From contig JAZFSR010000121.1 of NCBI GenBank assembly GCA_036446295.1, positions 4,427 through 68,426 on the forward strand: DNA of 64,000 bases. The letters run 5' to 3'. The notes beneath the pieces are model-generated. The model made no database searches. It saw only the letters and a program-made list of their open reading frames with translations, and was not told where the DNA came from. Within the stretch, counting starts at the first letter, position 1; each line of letters begins with the position of its first letter. Origin of the DNA: Candidatus Aminicenantaceae bacterium (GTDB lineage Bacteria; Acidobacteriota; Aminicenantia; Aminicenantales; Aminicenantaceae). The translations under genes and the position numbers were made by a program. This document shows positions 1 to 11,166 of this stretch, in pieces.

Positions 1-501
1 GCAGAATTTTGTCAGAAACAGGGCTTCCGTGAGTGCCCAGTCGCCTCCCCCTACCACGGCCAGATCCTTTTCCTTAAAAAACGCTCCGTCACATGTAGCG
101 CAGTAGGAGATCCCTCTCCCGAGATACTTGCCTTCGTTCTCGAGTCCCAACTTCCTGTGAGTCGAACCCGTGGCGATAATCACCGTGCGCGTCTTGTATT
201 CTCCCTGTCCGGCCACAACATTCCACAGGTCGTCTTTTTTTTCAATCCTTTCGACTTCATCCTGTATGATCTTGGCCCCGAACTTTTCGGCCTGCAAACG
301 GAATTTTTCCATCAGCTCAAAGGGCACAACACCATCAGGAAATCCCGGATAGTTTTCCACAAAATCAGTCAGGAGAATCTGTCCGCCTGGGATCCCTTTT
401 TCGAGAATGAGGGTGTTGAGTCTACCCCGTCCGGTGTAGATTCCCGCTGACAGGCCCCCAGGCCCGGCGCCAATAATGACGACATCGTAAATTTCACTCA
501 T
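1..501 (-). CDS. trxB: Thioredoxin-disulfide reductase, N-terminal part; gene continues beyond the window start
   Basis: Reverse-strand translation from the ATG at 501 reads [16 protein letters not shown]... (FAD-binding GxGxxG) and later ...CATCDG (redox CxxC). ATGA overlap with the trxA stop at 498-500. Confidence 0.85.
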   Translation of the reverse strand, partial: MSEIYDVVIIGAGPGGLSAGIYTGRGRLNTLILEKGIPGGQILLTDFVENYPGFPDGVVPFELMEKFRLQAEKFGAKIIQDEVERIEKKDDLWNVVAGQGEYKTRTVIIATGSTHRKLGLENEGKYLGRGISYCATCDGAFFKEKDLAVVGGGDWALTEALFLTKFC

Positions 502-824
502 AGATGCTTGTTTATGGCTTCTTCTATTTTCTTTTGGGGAAGGGCCCCAATAATAGTCTCTTTGATCTCGCCGCCCTGAAAGAGGAGAAGGGTTGGGATG
601 CTCATTACGGAAAATTTGGAGGGGGTCATCGGGCTTTCATCTACATTCATTTTGGCCACTTTTAAACGGCCTTTATATTCTTTAGCGATATTCTCCAGGG
701 AAGGAACAATGATCTTGCAAGGTCCGCACCAGACGGCCCAAAAGTCCAGAAGGACAGGCGTGTCGGACTTAAGAACGTCTTTTTCAAAAGTCGAATCTGT
801 GACTTCAATAATATCTTCTGACAT
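498..824 (-). CDS. trxA: Thioredoxin
   Basis: 108-aa ORF with the canonical WCGPC active site; the length is typical. Confidence 0.95.
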   Translation of the reverse strand: MSEDIIEVTDSTFEKDVLKSDTPVLLDFWAVWCGPCKIIVPSLENIAKEYKGRLKVAKMNVDESPMTPSKFSVMSIPTLLLFQGGEIKETIIGALPQKKIEEAINKHL

Positions 825-891
825 GATCTTCTCCTTTTGTGATCGTAAAATCCATGATAATCCCCCCCCTAATAAATGTCAATCTGAGGGG

Positions 892-1734
892 TTATCCCCA
901 GCTGAGTTTTTCCTGGAGCAGGTCGAAGTAGTTGCGTTTGGGGGAGGAGACGAGTGTAAGCTCCAGCGACGAGGTGCGCACCTCTATGATGTCGTCGATG
1001 TCCATCTTGTAGCCTCTCTGCCCGTCCAGGGTCAGATAGGCCTCTTCTCCGGCCACAAGCTTGATCTTGATGGTCGAGCTCGAGGCGATAACCATGGGGC
1101 GGAAGGACAGGGTGTGAGGGCAGATTGGCGCAATGATGATAGCGGGAATGTAGGGCTGGATGATAGGCCCCCCGGCCGAAAGAGAATAGGCCGTAGAACC
1201 CGTGGGAGTCGAGATGATCAGACCGTCGGCGCGAGTGGTGACAATCTCTTTTTCGTCGATCCAAATTTTAGCCTGGATCATCCGTGCCAGAGCGCCCTTG
1301 TTGATCACCACATCATTAAGACAACAGGACGTCTCTCCTCTATAAAAAACATCAAGCAGGCGCCTCTGGCTGACAATCTTTGTATTTCCCTCCAGAAAGG
1401 CATCCAGGGTCAGGAAAGCCTCATCGAGGGGCACTTCTGTCAGAAATCCGAGGCTTCCCAAATTGACGCCCAGAACAGGAATCTTGTCCTGCGCGGCCAG
1501 GTGTGCGATGGTCAGAAGCGTTCCGTCTCCGCCCAATACAATCACCAGATCCACGCGGGACGGGAGGTCTTCTCTTTTTACGCCTTCCTTTAAACCTAGC
1601 TTTTCGGCGGCGGCCTCTTCGAGAAGACATTCAATATCTTTTCGGTCGAAGTATTGGAGGAGCTCTTCTAGAGCTTTTTCCGCCTCTGGGGCGTGGGGCT
1701 TTATGACAAAACCGACATGCTTAATGTTTCTCAT
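892..1734 (-). CDS. nadK: NAD+ kinase
   Basis: 280 aa with GGDGT motif, NGxxxGSxGFL region and overall NadK/PpnK architecture. Confidence 0.9.
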   Translation of the reverse strand: MRNIKHVGFVIKPHAPEAEKALEELLQYFDRKDIECLLEEAAAEKLGLKEGVKREDLPSRVDLVIVLGGDGTLLTIAHLAAQDKIPVLGVNLGSLGFLTEVPLDEAFLTLDAFLEGNTKIVSQRRLLDVFYRGETSCCLNDVVINKGALARMIQAKIWIDEKEIVTTRADGLIISTPTGSTAYSLSAGGPIIQPYIPAIIIAPICPHTLSFRPMVIASSSTIKIKLVAGEEAYLTLDGQRGYKMDIDDIIEVRTSSLELTLVSSPKRNYFDLLQEKLSWG

Positions 1735-2518
1735 CCCAAACAGCCTCCTTGATTATATCAGAAATCACAACAGATGGCTTTTCTCCCTTAACCTTTTTCT
1801 TCCAGAGAAAAAAATATTCCTGGTTTCCCTTTCGCCCGCGGACAGTGGGTTTCATGGCATCTACAAAAGAAAATCCGATTGCCGATGCCCCTTGGGCGAT
1901 AGAGAGCAGCACTCCCTCATGGAGCGCCCGGTTCCGGACGATTCCTTTTTTCCCCACCTGATGCCGTTCGACTTCAAACTGGGGTTTAATTAAGGACACC
2001 ACCACTCCATCCTCCACTATATTTTTAACGGCCGGGAGCACTTTGAGCACCGAGATAAAGGAAAGATCGATAGTCACGATATCCAAGAGACCGGAAATAT
2101 CCTTTTTTTCAAGATATCGGGCATTTTTTTCCACAAGCACCACCCGGGGATCTTCCCTGAGTTTCATGTCGAGCTGCCGCGTGTCCACATCGACGGCGTA
2201 CACTCTAGCGACCCCCCTCTTGAGAAGGCAGTCCGTAAAGCCACCGGTCGAGGCCCCGATATCGGCCGCAATCTTTCCTTCTAGTTCTAGGGAAAGGGCA
2301 AACGATTTCAACGCCTCATCAAGCTTTAATCCTCCTCGGCTGACAAAAGGAAGTTTTTCCTTAAGGGTCAACACCCGTTCAACATCTAGGAGCTGCCCCG
2401 CCTTCTCCACCTTCTGCCCGTCGGCAAAGACAAGTCCGGCCATAATCAGAGCCTGTGCTTTCTTGGGGTTCTCCGCCAGCCCTGCACTCACAACCATCTT
2501 ATCGGCACGGTCTTTCAA
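1721..2518 (-). CDS. tlyA: TlyA family rRNA 2'-O-methyltransferase (hemolysin A-like)
   Basis: 265 aa. Has an N-terminal S4-like region, then a FtsJ-like SAM methyltransferase core (DIGASTGGFTD). Confidence 0.85.
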   Translation of the reverse strand: MKDRADKMVVSAGLAENPKKAQALIMAGLVFADGQKVEKAGQLLDVERVLTLKEKLPFVSRGGLKLDEALKSFALSLELEGKIAADIGASTGGFTDCLLKRGVARVYAVDVDTRQLDMKLREDPRVVLVEKNARYLEKKDISGLLDIVTIDLSFISVLKVLPAVKNIVEDGVVVSLIKPQFEVERHQVGKKGIVRNRALHEGVLLSIAQGASAIGFSFVDAMKPTVRGRKGNQEYFFLWKKKVKGEKPSVVISDIIKEAVWDEKH

Positions 2519-2524
2519 AGTACC

Positions 2525-4396
2525 TCAGGATTTATAGAATTCTTTGATCTGCTTGATCAGCCCTTCCGTGTCCAGGTCATACATCCGTTTGATCTGGTCC
2601 ACTTTTCCGACAGGATAGATCTCGACGGGAAGACCAATGGGTTTGAACCGCAGGTCAAATTTTTTCTCGCTGTCCAAAAACTCCCGCACCGCGCTCCCGA
2701 ATCCACCGGCCAGGACGGCTTCCTCCACCGTTACAATCACTCCCCCGGACCGTGCGTATTGGAGAAGAACCTCCTCATCTAATGGTTTGGCAAAACGGGC
2801 ATTGACCACTGCCAGGGAAATTCCCTCCTTTTCGAGTGCTTTAGCGGCATCAAGAGCAGGGTAGACCATACTTCCAAAGGCCAGGAGAAGATCTTGTCCC
2901 TCCTTGAGCTTTTCACTTTTCCCAAGAGGAAGAGTCTTCAACGCCGCGTCCATCTCCACTCCGACGCCTTTTCCTTTGGGGAACCGCACGGCCGCCGGGT
3001 GCGCGTAGGACAGGGCCGAATGGATCATGTGCTGCAGCTCATTTTCATCCTTGGGGGCCATTACAATCATGTTGGGAAGATGGCGGAGATAGACGATATC
3101 ATTGATTCCCTGGTGGGTGGGTCCGTCATCGGGAACAATCCCCGAGCGGTCCAGAGCAAACACGATGGGGACATCCATCAGGCATACATCATGGTAGAGC
3201 TGGTCATAGGCCCTCTGGAGAAATGTCGAATAGATGGCCACGATAGGTTTAAATCCATTGAGAGCCAGGCCCGATGCAAAATCGACCGCATGCTGTTCGG
3301 CAATGCCCACATCGAAGAATCGATCGGGAAATTTATTTGCGAATTCAACAAGACCCGTTCCTTCCCGCATAGCCGCCGTAATGGCGACAACTTTGTCGTC
3401 CGCCTCCCCCACCTTAACCGCGGTCTGACCAAAAACTTTCGAGTAAGAGAGCCTCTTGTTTTTATTGAGAGATTTTCCTGTTTCAATATCAAAGGGAGAT
3501 GTCCCGTGAAAGGCCGAGGAGTCTTTCTGGGCCGGGCCGTAACCCCTCCCTTTTTTTGTGACACAGTGGATGAGCACGGGGCCGTCGTATTTTTTGGCCT
3601 CCTCAAAAACCTCGATGAGTGAAGAAATATTATGTCCTTGAACGGGACCGATGTATCTGATCCCGAGTTCCTTAAAGACTAGGCCCGGGAAAAAGATCTT
3701 CTTTACGGCCTCTTCGACGGCGCGGCCGATCTTTATCATGGGCCAGCCCACGGCCGGAACACTCTTGAGGACAGTTTTGGCCGTATCCTTGATCTTGAGA
3801 TAGTGCTGCCCGGAAACCAGGTACTCCAAATACTTGGACAGAGCTCCAACGTTATGGGAAATGGACATCTCGTTGTAGTTGAGGACGATGATCATCCTAT
3901 CCCGAGAATTCCCGATCTGGTTGAGCGCCTCCCAGGCCACTCCTCCGGTCAGGCTCCCGTCTCCCACAACAGCGACCACATGATGATCTTCTTTGTTCCT
4001 GTCCCGGGCCACAGCCATGCCAGCCGCTGCCGACAGCGCCGTAGACGCATGCCCCGTGTTGTACACATCATAAGGGCTTTCTCCGCGGTCGGGAAATCCA
4101 CACAGCCCATCATGCTGCCGGAGTTTCCGGAACTGTTCCTTCCGGCCCGTGATGATCTTGTGTGTATAGCACTGGTGCCCGACATCCCATATGATCTTGT
4201 CTTTTTCAGCATCAAAAACCAGGTGAAGGGCTAGTGTCAGCTCTACGACTCCAAGGTTTGGGGAGAGATGACCCCCTGTTTTCGAGACCACTTGAATGAT
4301 CAGATCTCTGATCTCCTTAGCCAGCTGGCCTAATTCTTTCCGGTTGAGTTCTTTAACATCCTTGGGTGACTGAACACGATTCAGAATTTTATCCAT
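2525..4396 (-). CDS. dxs: 1-deoxy-D-xylulose-5-phosphate synthase
   Basis: 623 aa. N-terminus LSPNLGVVELTLALH...GHQCYTHKIITGR and a TPP-binding GDG region are characteristic of DXS. Confidence 0.95.
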   Translation of the reverse strand: MDKILNRVQSPKDVKELNRKELGQLAKEIRDLIIQVVSKTGGHLSPNLGVVELTLALHLVFDAEKDKIIWDVGHQCYTHKIITGRKEQFRKLRQHDGLCGFPDRGESPYDVYNTGHASTALSAAAGMAVARDRNKEDHHVVAVVGDGSLTGGVAWEALNQIGNSRDRMIIVLNYNEMSISHNVGALSKYLEYLVSGQHYLKIKDTAKTVLKSVPAVGWPMIKIGRAVEEAVKKIFFPGLVFKELGIRYIGPVQGHNISSLIEVFEEAKKYDGPVLIHCVTKKGRGYGPAQKDSSAFHGTSPFDIETGKSLNKNKRLSYSKVFGQTAVKVGEADDKVVAITAAMREGTGLVEFANKFPDRFFDVGIAEQHAVDFASGLALNGFKPIVAIYSTFLQRAYDQLYHDVCLMDVPIVFALDRSGIVPDDGPTHQGINDIVYLRHLPNMIVMAPKDENELQHMIHSALSYAHPAAVRFPKGKGVGVEMDAALKTLPLGKSEKLKEGQDLLLAFGSMVYPALDAAKALEKEGISLAVVNARFAKPLDEEVLLQYARSGGVIVTVEEAVLAGGFGSAVREFLDSEKKFDLRFKPIGLPVEIYPVGKVDQIKRMYDLDTEGLIKQIKEFYKS

Positions 4397-4454
4397 GTTT
4401 TCAATTGTCCTTCACAACTAAAAGTTTTGTCTTATTATCCTTATTTATCCTTTC

Positions 4455-4718
4455 CTAAAAAGGAAGATCATCGTTTTCCTCTTTTTTTTCTTCCCCTGTC
4501 AATTCGAACGGCTCGGCCTTGACCTCTCCGCTCTCATCCTTGAGAAGAATTTCGGTCTTTTTTTCGGCCTTTCCCAGCTCTTCCCGCAAAAATTTGGCCC
4601 GCTTGACTCCTTTTTCAAACAAGGACAGGGATTCGTTGAGTGGAAGGCCGCCCTCCTCCAGTTTGGATACAATGTTTTCCAGCTCAGCCAGGGCTTTTTC
4701 GAAGCTTAACTCGGCCAT
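4455..4718 (-). CDS. xseB: Exodeoxyribonuclease VII small subunit
   Basis: MAELSFEKALAELENIVSKLEEG... is the typical XseB helical protein. The internal Met at 4718 was chosen as start because it avoids overlap with xseA. Confidence 0.85.
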   Translation of the reverse strand: MAELSFEKALAELENIVSKLEEGGLPLNESLSLFEKGVKRAKFLREELGKAEKKTEILLKDESGEVKAEPFELTGEEKKEENDDLPF

Positions 4719-4731
4719 GTGAAACTCCTCT

Positions 4732-6063
4732 TTATTGGGGACTGTCCCCAATTTTTTTATTTGGATCGATGGATTTTACCAAACAGGTCAGCTCGCCTTT
4801 ATAAAAAGAGACGGCCAGCTCCTCATTCTCCTTCACCTCTTCGATGGTCCGGACGAGCTGACGCCCCTTGTCCGTCCAACACAATGTATAGCCTTTTTTG
4901 AGAATATTTAGAGGGCTCAGGTTGTGGAGCTCGGCTGCCAACCGCTCCCATGTGCTTTTTAAGCCCTGGATCTTCTCCCGCATTAAACTCAACAATCTAG
5001 CTTCGGCGAAACGCGTGCGCGACCGGCTCTCGATAATCTTCTGCTGCAGGTCTTTGATCACATTCCACGCTCTCATATCCAGTTCGTCCACTTTCTGCTC
5101 TAAGCTCTTGAGCTTGAGCTTGAAATTTTGGAACGCCCTGTGATGGATCAGGCTCTGCACACGGTGTTTATTCTCCTGAATTGTGTACCGCAAAAGATGG
5201 GACATCTGCTGCTGCAGATTATCGATACGTTCGGTAAACGCCTCTTCCTTTTCGATCATCATCTCGGCGGCGGCGGAAGGCGTGGACGCGCGGATATCGG
5301 CCACAAAATCGGCAATCGTGAAATCCACCTCATGCCCCACGGCCGAAATCAGCGGCACCGGACAGTTAAAAATGGCCCGGGCCACAATCTCTTCGTTAAA
5401 GGCCCACAGGTCCTCCATGGACCCGCCGCCCCGTCCGGCGATAATGACATCGATATCGGCTAGACTTCCGAGATAATCGATGCCTTCGGCGATCTCCCGG
5501 GCCGCACCTTCGCCCTGAACCCGTGCCGGATAAATCACCACATGCAGGCGAGCAAACCTCCTGTCCAGGGTGCGGAGGATGTCGGTGATGGCCGCCCCCT
5601 GGGGGGATGTCACGACTCCGACTTTTTTCGGCAGGGCCGGTAGATTTTTCTTGATTTCAGGGTCGAACAGTCCCTCTTTGGACAGCTTGTCCTTGAGCTG
5701 TTCAAAGGCCAACTGCAAGTCGCCCTTTCCTTTGGGTTCAACAAAATCCACGATGAGTTGGTATGTCCCCCTTGGCTCGTAAACATTGATAGGCCCACGG
5801 CAGATGACCTGGAGGCCACTTTGGATGTCAAACTTCACTTTATTTGCCGAAGAGCGCCACATGACAGCCTTCATCTGGCTGTCCTTATCCTTTAGAGTAA
5901 AATAGAGATGCCCTGAATGGGCCCGTGTAAAATCGGCAATTTCGCCCATGACCCAAACTTTAGGAAAAGAGCCCTCCAAGTCGGCTTTTATCCGAGCGGT
6001 CAATTCCGAAACGGAATACACCTTATCCGGATGCTCTGGGTTGTTAGAGTTCCATGTCCTCAT
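4732..6063 (-). CDS. xseA: Exodeoxyribonuclease VII large subunit
   Basis: 443 aa with an OB-fold N-terminus and the ExoVII large-subunit catalytic region; it is adjacent to xseB. Confidence 0.9.
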   Translation of the reverse strand: MRTWNSNNPEHPDKVYSVSELTARIKADLEGSFPKVWVMGEIADFTRAHSGHLYFTLKDKDSQMKAVMWRSSANKVKFDIQSGLQVICRGPINVYEPRGTYQLIVDFVEPKGKGDLQLAFEQLKDKLSKEGLFDPEIKKNLPALPKKVGVVTSPQGAAITDILRTLDRRFARLHVVIYPARVQGEGAAREIAEGIDYLGSLADIDVIIAGRGGGSMEDLWAFNEEIVARAIFNCPVPLISAVGHEVDFTIADFVADIRASTPSAAAEMMIEKEEAFTERIDNLQQQMSHLLRYTIQENKHRVQSLIHHRAFQNFKLKLKSLEQKVDELDMRAWNVIKDLQQKIIESRSRTRFAEARLLSLMREKIQGLKSTWERLAAELHNLSPLNILKKGYTLCWTDKGRQLVRTIEEVKENEELAVSFYKGELTCLVKSIDPNKKIGDSPQ

Positions 6064-6847
6064 CGATAATCATCTCTCTCCGTATAGAAAGGGCCTTGCC
6101 CGTTTGGGCATCCACCGTGATAAAAACACTCGATAAAATAGCGCCTTCTTTTGACGGTTCAAACCGCTGTGACCGGGAGGTCAGGAAACGGGCTACACCC
6201 GCTTCTTTTTTGATCCCGATGACCGCATTATATCCTCCCACCATGCCCACATCCGAGATGTAGGCGGTGCCCTGCGGCAGGATCCTTTCGTCGGCTGTGG
6301 TCACATGCGTGTGCGTACCAATGACAGCCGAAACTCGGCCGTCCAGATACCATCCCAAGGATTGTTTTTCGGAGGTGGCCTCGGCATGAATGTCTACAAG
6401 GATGACAGGAGTGGCGGCCTTCAAGACCTCCAACTCTTTGTCCACCGTCCGGAATGGGCAGTCGATGGGCTCCATAAAAACGCGTCCCTGGATGCTCAGC
6501 ACTCCCACTTTGGCTCCGCTGTCCGCTTCAAAAACACATGCCCCACGGCCGGGATTGACCGGAGGGTAATTGGCCGGCCGCAGGAGATGGGGTTCTTTGT
6601 CTAAAATCTCGAGCACTTCACGCTTATCCCAGATGTGATTTCCTGAGGTCAAAACATCTACCCGCACAAAGAGCTCACGGGCAATCTTCATCGTCATCCC
6701 CGCGCCTCCGGCGGCATTTTCCCCGTTGGCTATAATAACTGTCGGAGACAGTCTCTCGATAAGTGGGGGCAGATGTTTTTCGAGGACCTTCCGGCCGGGC
6801 CGGCCGATGATATCTCCTAAAAAAAGGATGCTTATTTTATCGGGCAT
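6044..6847 (-). CDS. ymdB: TIGR00282/YmdB-like metallophosphoesterase (2',3'-cyclic nucleotide phosphodiesterase family)
   Basis: 267 aa with GDIIGRPGR and GNHxWD calcineurin-like motifs. It sits immediately downstream of rny, as in Bacillus. Confidence 0.85.
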   Translation of the reverse strand: MPDKISILFLGDIIGRPGRKVLEKHLPPLIERLSPTVIIANGENAAGGAGMTMKIARELFVRVDVLTSGNHIWDKREVLEILDKEPHLLRPANYPPVNPGRGACVFEADSGAKVGVLSIQGRVFMEPIDCPFRTVDKELEVLKAATPVILVDIHAEATSEKQSLGWYLDGRVSAVIGTHTHVTTADERILPQGTAYISDVGMVGGYNAVIGIKKEAGVARFLTSRSQRFEPSKEGAILSSVFITVDAQTGKALSIRREMIIDEDMEL

Positions 6848-8408
6848 ATTCGACAGCCCTCATTTCGCGGATAACGGTAACCTTGATTTTCCCAGGATAT
6901 TCCATCTCATCCTTGATTTTCTGTGCAATCTCTTTAGCGGCCAGCGCTGCTTTTTCATCCGAGATCTTCTTGCTTTCAACAATAATTCTGATCTCCCGGC
7001 CGGCCTGAAGCGCGAAGGCTTTGGCTACGCCCTCATAGGCATTGGCGATCGCTTCCAGCTTCTCCAGCCTCTTGATATAGGCCTCGAGCAGTTCCCGGCG
7101 TGCGCCGGGACGGGCCGCCGAAAGCGTGTCCGCAGACTGGACAAGGACGGCCTCTACAGAAGGAAAGTCTACATCTCTATGGTGGGAAGCGATGGCGCCC
7201 ACCACACGTTCGGTCTCCCCGTACTTTCGGGTCAATTGCACACTCAGCTCTGTATGCGTACCTTCGATCTCCCGATCGACGGCCTTTCCGATATCATGGA
7301 GAAGGCCGGCGCGAATCGCGACGTTGACATCCACTCCCAGCTCTGTCGCCATGATTCCGGATAAAAAAGCCACTTCTTTGGAGTGTTGGAGAACATTCTG
7401 GCCGTAGCTCGTTCTGTATTTGAGCCGTCCGAGAAGTTTGACCAGCTCGGGATGAAGATTCTGGACCCTGAGCTCCAACATCACAGTCTCTCCCTCCTGT
7501 CTAATCTTCTCTTCCAGCTCTTTTTTGACCGATTCGACGATATCCTCAATACGGGCAGGATGGATCCGTCCGTCTTTAACAAGTTTTTCAATGGCCAGAC
7601 GGGCCATTTCACGACGGATGGGATCAAAGCTCGAAAGGATGACGGCTTCTGGTGTATCATCGACAATGATATCCACACCTGTGGCCAATTCCAGGGCCCG
7701 GATGTTCCGGCCTTCACGGCCGATAATGCGTCCCTTCATATCGTCAGACGGCAGATCGACAACAGACACCGTTGTCTCCACAACATGCTCGGCGGCAGAA
7801 CGCTGGATGGCCTGGCTGATGATATCATGTGCCAGGGCCTCCCCCTTTTCTCTTGTCTCTTCCTCGATCGTGCGTACAATCTGAATGGCTTCGAGCTTGG
7901 CTTCGTCCTCTATTTTTTTCTTGAGCTCATTCTTGGCCTCTTCCTGTGTGATTTTGGCTATGCGCTCCAGTTCTTCTATCGCTTTCTGGTTGAGCTCGTT
8001 TAATTTTGTCTCTTTGGTATCGATCTCCCGGGAACGTTCACTGAGACGATGTTCTTTGTTCGAGAATTCCCGCTCTTTTCTTTCCAATCCTTGAAATTTC
8101 TGTTCCAGGTTCTCTTCTTTTTTGACCAGTCGTCTTTCCGTTTCATTAAACTTGTGCCGCCGGTCACGGGTTTGACGTTCAAAATCCGATTTGAGATTGA
8201 TGAGTTTTTCTTTTGTCTCAATTTCGACTTCTCGTCTTTTTTTATCGGCCTCTTCCACGGCGTTGTCGACAATTGACTTGGATTCCTGTTTGGCCTTTAA
8301 AATAGAGTTGGCTCCTGATTTCTTCTGGACGAGGATAAAAATCAGGACTCCTGACAATAAAGCAATAATAATAATCGCTATCAGTAATGTGATGTTCACA
8401 ACAAGCAC
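6837..8408 (-). CDS. rny: Ribonuclease Y
   Basis: 523 aa with an N-terminal TM helix, a long coiled-coil, a KH domain and an HD domain (GLLHDIGK). GTG start preceded by AAGGAGG. Confidence 0.92.
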   Translation of the reverse strand: MLVVNITLLIAIIIIALLSGVLIFILVQKKSGANSILKAKQESKSIVDNAVEEADKKRREVEIETKEKLINLKSDFERQTRDRRHKFNETERRLVKKEENLEQKFQGLERKEREFSNKEHRLSERSREIDTKETKLNELNQKAIEELERIAKITQEEAKNELKKKIEDEAKLEAIQIVRTIEEETREKGEALAHDIISQAIQRSAAEHVVETTVSVVDLPSDDMKGRIIGREGRNIRALELATGVDIIVDDTPEAVILSSFDPIRREMARLAIEKLVKDGRIHPARIEDIVESVKKELEEKIRQEGETVMLELRVQNLHPELVKLLGRLKYRTSYGQNVLQHSKEVAFLSGIMATELGVDVNVAIRAGLLHDIGKAVDREIEGTHTELSVQLTRKYGETERVVGAIASHHRDVDFPSVEAVLVQSADTLSAARPGARRELLEAYIKRLEKLEAIANAYEGVAKAFALQAGREIRIIVESKKISDEKAALAAKEIAQKIKDEMEYPGKIKVTVIREMRAVEYAR

Positions 8409-8496
8409 CTCCTTAAGGAGGTCAAAGGAGATGAAAGGGAGGAGGGCTTATATGTTTTTTTTTCCTTTGGCTCTAACCGTCGAGATTTCCCTCATA

Positions 8497-8859
8497 CTAT
8501 TTATTCAATTCTGAACCGATTTCCTCGGTTTTTTTCGATACGGCCCCTTTGGGCTTTTCCGTATTCTTATCTCTGTGAATGAATGCCTCCAAACTTTCAA
8601 CGTCATCTTCCATATGCCCTAATACTTCATTCAGTTGATCCAGCTTCTTCTGGCTTAAAAAGTATTCATCTGCAATGTTCAAGGCCGCCAAGATTGCAAT
8701 CTTGAACATATCCATGGATTTTGATTTAACCGCAATTTCTTGCATTTTTTGATCAACATGAGAAGTAAGATGACCTATGTATTTTTCATCCTCTTCTCCT
8801 TTGACTCTAATTTTATATTTTTGTCCGTAAATTTCGATTTCAATAACTTTATCAATCAT
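8497..8859 (-). CDS. zapA: Cell division protein ZapA
   Basis: 120 aa. The pattern V.I.I.G..Y.I...... then AILAALNIADE matches the ZapA fold. Confidence 0.7.
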   Translation of the reverse strand: MIDKVIEIEIYGQKYKIRVKGEEDEKYIGHLTSHVDQKMQEIAVKSKSMDMFKIAILAALNIADEYFLSQKKLDQLNEVLGHMEDDVESLEAFIHRDKNTEKPKGAVSKKTEEIGSELNK

Positions 8860-9116
8860 AGTCCTATCTGATCTATCTGACTGATAATGGTCTCAATTTT
8901 TTCCTTCATTTCCTCCTTTTCATTCTTATAATCTTTTAAAATACTGTCATAATTTTCGAATTTTCTTGCCTGCTCTTCCAACTCTTTTTTTGCTGCCCTG
9001 AGATCTTTGACTTGATTCTTGAGCTGTCCGTTTTCGCTGAGAAGCTTGTTGATATAGTCAACAATCTGGGAAACTTTTCCTCCTAGAATTTTAATTCTTT
9101 CTATTTCACTTGTCAA
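8856..9116 (-). CDS. Coiled-coil protein, ZapB-like
   Basis: 86 aa, entirely heptad-like coiled coil, overlapping the zapA start and pheT end. Confidence 0.4.
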   Translation of the reverse strand: MTSEIERIKILGGKVSQIVDYINKLLSENGQLKNQVKDLRAAKKELEEQARKFENYDSILKDYKNEKEEMKEKIETIISQIDQIGL

Positions 9117-11166
9117 TTTTTCCCCCTTTTCTCAGTTCGATTTTAAATTTAGCATTCAGCATTTTAACGGCCTTGGTGATGGAATTCTCAACGTCCTCTG
9201 CCAAGAGTGTCCGCTGAGGGTGCCGGAACACAAAACGCAGCGAAAGGCTCACTTTCCTCTTGGGAATAGAGGCTCCCGTAAAACGGTCCTGGAGATCGAA
9301 TGTCTCCAGAAAGGGAAGTTGAAGCTCACGGATGTCTTTTTGGATGTCCTGGTAATTGACTTCGCGGCCCACGATAAAAGTGATATCACGCGTGATAGTT
9401 GGGAATTTGCCGATCGGGGTAAAATGAAACGCTTTCGGCTGCTTTTCAAACAGTACATCCAGGTTGATTTCAGCGGCCCAGGCTGGATCCTTGAGGAAAT
9501 AGGCCTTGAGGATGTCTTGATGAATACGCCCGAGAGAACCTATCCGGAGTCCCTTATAGTATATACAGATGGAATGTCCCGGTTCAAAGCAGGGGTTTTT
9601 CGATTCTTCAAAAGAATACGCCGAGTACCCAAGATTCGACAGCAGGGCTTCACAGGCCCCCTTTAGATGAAAAAAGTCTTCCTTTTCGGTCTTGGCCTGC
9701 CAGTGTTGAGGTTCATTATTTCCAGTAACCGCCATGCCCAGCATCGTGTCTTCATGTGTCACTTCTTCTTCCCAGGAGTAGGCCTTCCCAATTTCAAAAA
9801 GGCACACACCTTCCGCTCCACGGTTGATGTTCCAGATAATGTTCTCCAAAAGTCCTCCCATGAGTGTAGTCCTCATGATAGAGGCTTTCTCGGAGATGGG
9901 ATTTCGAATTTCGACAGGCACGAGGCCAACCTTGAAGAGCGCATCTTTCTCCGGATCCACAAAGCTGAAATTGACGGCTTCATCAAGGCCGTGATGAAAG
10001 AGGGTCTGTCGGATCTTGGAGATGAAACTTTTCTTTACATCGCGGGTGTACTCGAGAACATTATAAGAAGGAACCATCGAGGGAATATTATCGTAGCCAT
10101 AAAACCTGGCGACCTCTTCGATCAAGTCGGCTTCTCTTTCGATATCCACACGGAAAAAAGGCACCTTGACCTGCCAGATGCCCTGCTGCTGATTTTCCAG
10201 GCTGAAACCCAGATTGGTCAGAATATTCGTTATAAATTCGTCAGCAATGCCGACACCTATCAGTTCTTTCACTCTGTGGCTCCGGAGCAGGACAGTCCTG
10301 GCTTTTTTGGGCTTGGGATAGACATCGATTATGCCTTGAGTAGCGGTCCCCCCAAACTGCATCATTAAGGAGGCGGCCATCAATGCGGCTTTGGGCGGAA
10401 ACGATACATCCGCACCCCTTTCAAAACGGTAGGACGCGTCTGTCTGGATCCCGGCTTTTTTGCCGGTCTTACGGACAGACACCGGATCGAAGCAAGCGCT
10501 CTCGATAAACACATCCCGGGTGTCTTCGGTCACTGCGGAGTTTTCTCCACCGATCACTCCGGCCAGTGCCACAGGATTCTTTTCGTCAGCAATCACCATC
10601 ATATCCGTTGTGAGGAATAAATCCTCCCCTTCCAGGGTTCTCAGTTTTTCGCCCTTGTTGGCTTTTCGGACAATAATCTTCCCGCCTGAGATCTTGGCCA
10701 GATCGAACGCATGGATGGGATGGGCCGTGGCAAAGAGGACATAGTTGGTGATATCGACAACATTGTTGATGGATTTAAGACCCATGGCCGAGATCCTCTC
10801 CTTCAACCAGTCGGGAGACGGCCCGACTTTGACGTCTTTGACAATGATTCCGGAATACCTGGGACAGAGATCTTCTTCATAAATTTCAATGTCTATAAGA
10901 TCGGCTGTCTTGGCCTCGTTTTCGACCAACGGCCAGTTCTGCTCCTTGACCGGCTTGCCCACTATGGCGGCCAATTCACGGGCCACTCCAAGGTGACCGT
11001 TGGAGTCCGGGCGGTTGGCATATGTTTCGAGTTCCAGGATGACATCATTTTTCCGTTTATCGACATCATCGACCAGCAAACCGATGTTGTTGAGACTGTC
11101 AATCAATTGGGGAATAGAGAGGTCTATATCAACAAATTCTTTGAGCCATTCAATGCTTATTTTCAT
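9106..11166 (-). CDS. pheT: Phenylalanine--tRNA ligase beta subunit (short form lacking EMAP/tRNA-binding insertion)
   Basis: 686 aa with B3/4, B5 and anticodon-binding regions recognisable; directly downstream of pheS. Confidence 0.92.
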   Translation of the reverse strand: MKISIEWLKEFVDIDLSIPQLIDSLNNIGLLVDDVDKRKNDVILELETYANRPDSNGHLGVARELAAIVGKPVKEQNWPLVENEAKTADLIDIEIYEEDLCPRYSGIIVKDVKVGPSPDWLKERISAMGLKSINNVVDITNYVLFATAHPIHAFDLAKISGGKIIVRKANKGEKLRTLEGEDLFLTTDMMVIADEKNPVALAGVIGGENSAVTEDTRDVFIESACFDPVSVRKTGKKAGIQTDASYRFERGADVSFPPKAALMAASLMMQFGGTATQGIIDVYPKPKKARTVLLRSHRVKELIGVGIADEFITNILTNLGFSLENQQQGIWQVKVPFFRVDIEREADLIEEVARFYGYDNIPSMVPSYNVLEYTRDVKKSFISKIRQTLFHHGLDEAVNFSFVDPEKDALFKVGLVPVEIRNPISEKASIMRTTLMGGLLENIIWNINRGAEGVCLFEIGKAYSWEEEVTHEDTMLGMAVTGNNEPQHWQAKTEKEDFFHLKGACEALLSNLGYSAYSFEESKNPCFEPGHSICIYYKGLRIGSLGRIHQDILKAYFLKDPAWAAEINLDVLFEKQPKAFHFTPIGKFPTITRDITFIVGREVNYQDIQKDIRELQLPFLETFDLQDRFTGASIPKRKVSLSLRFVFRHPQRTLLAEDVENSITKAVKMLNAKFKIELRKGGKIDK

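Noticed and set aside
598-1593. 331-aa plus-strand ORF
   Set aside because: It lies antisense to trxA and nadK, which have unmistakable homology. Its translation is low-complexity (R/G/D-rich), typical of a shadow ORF.
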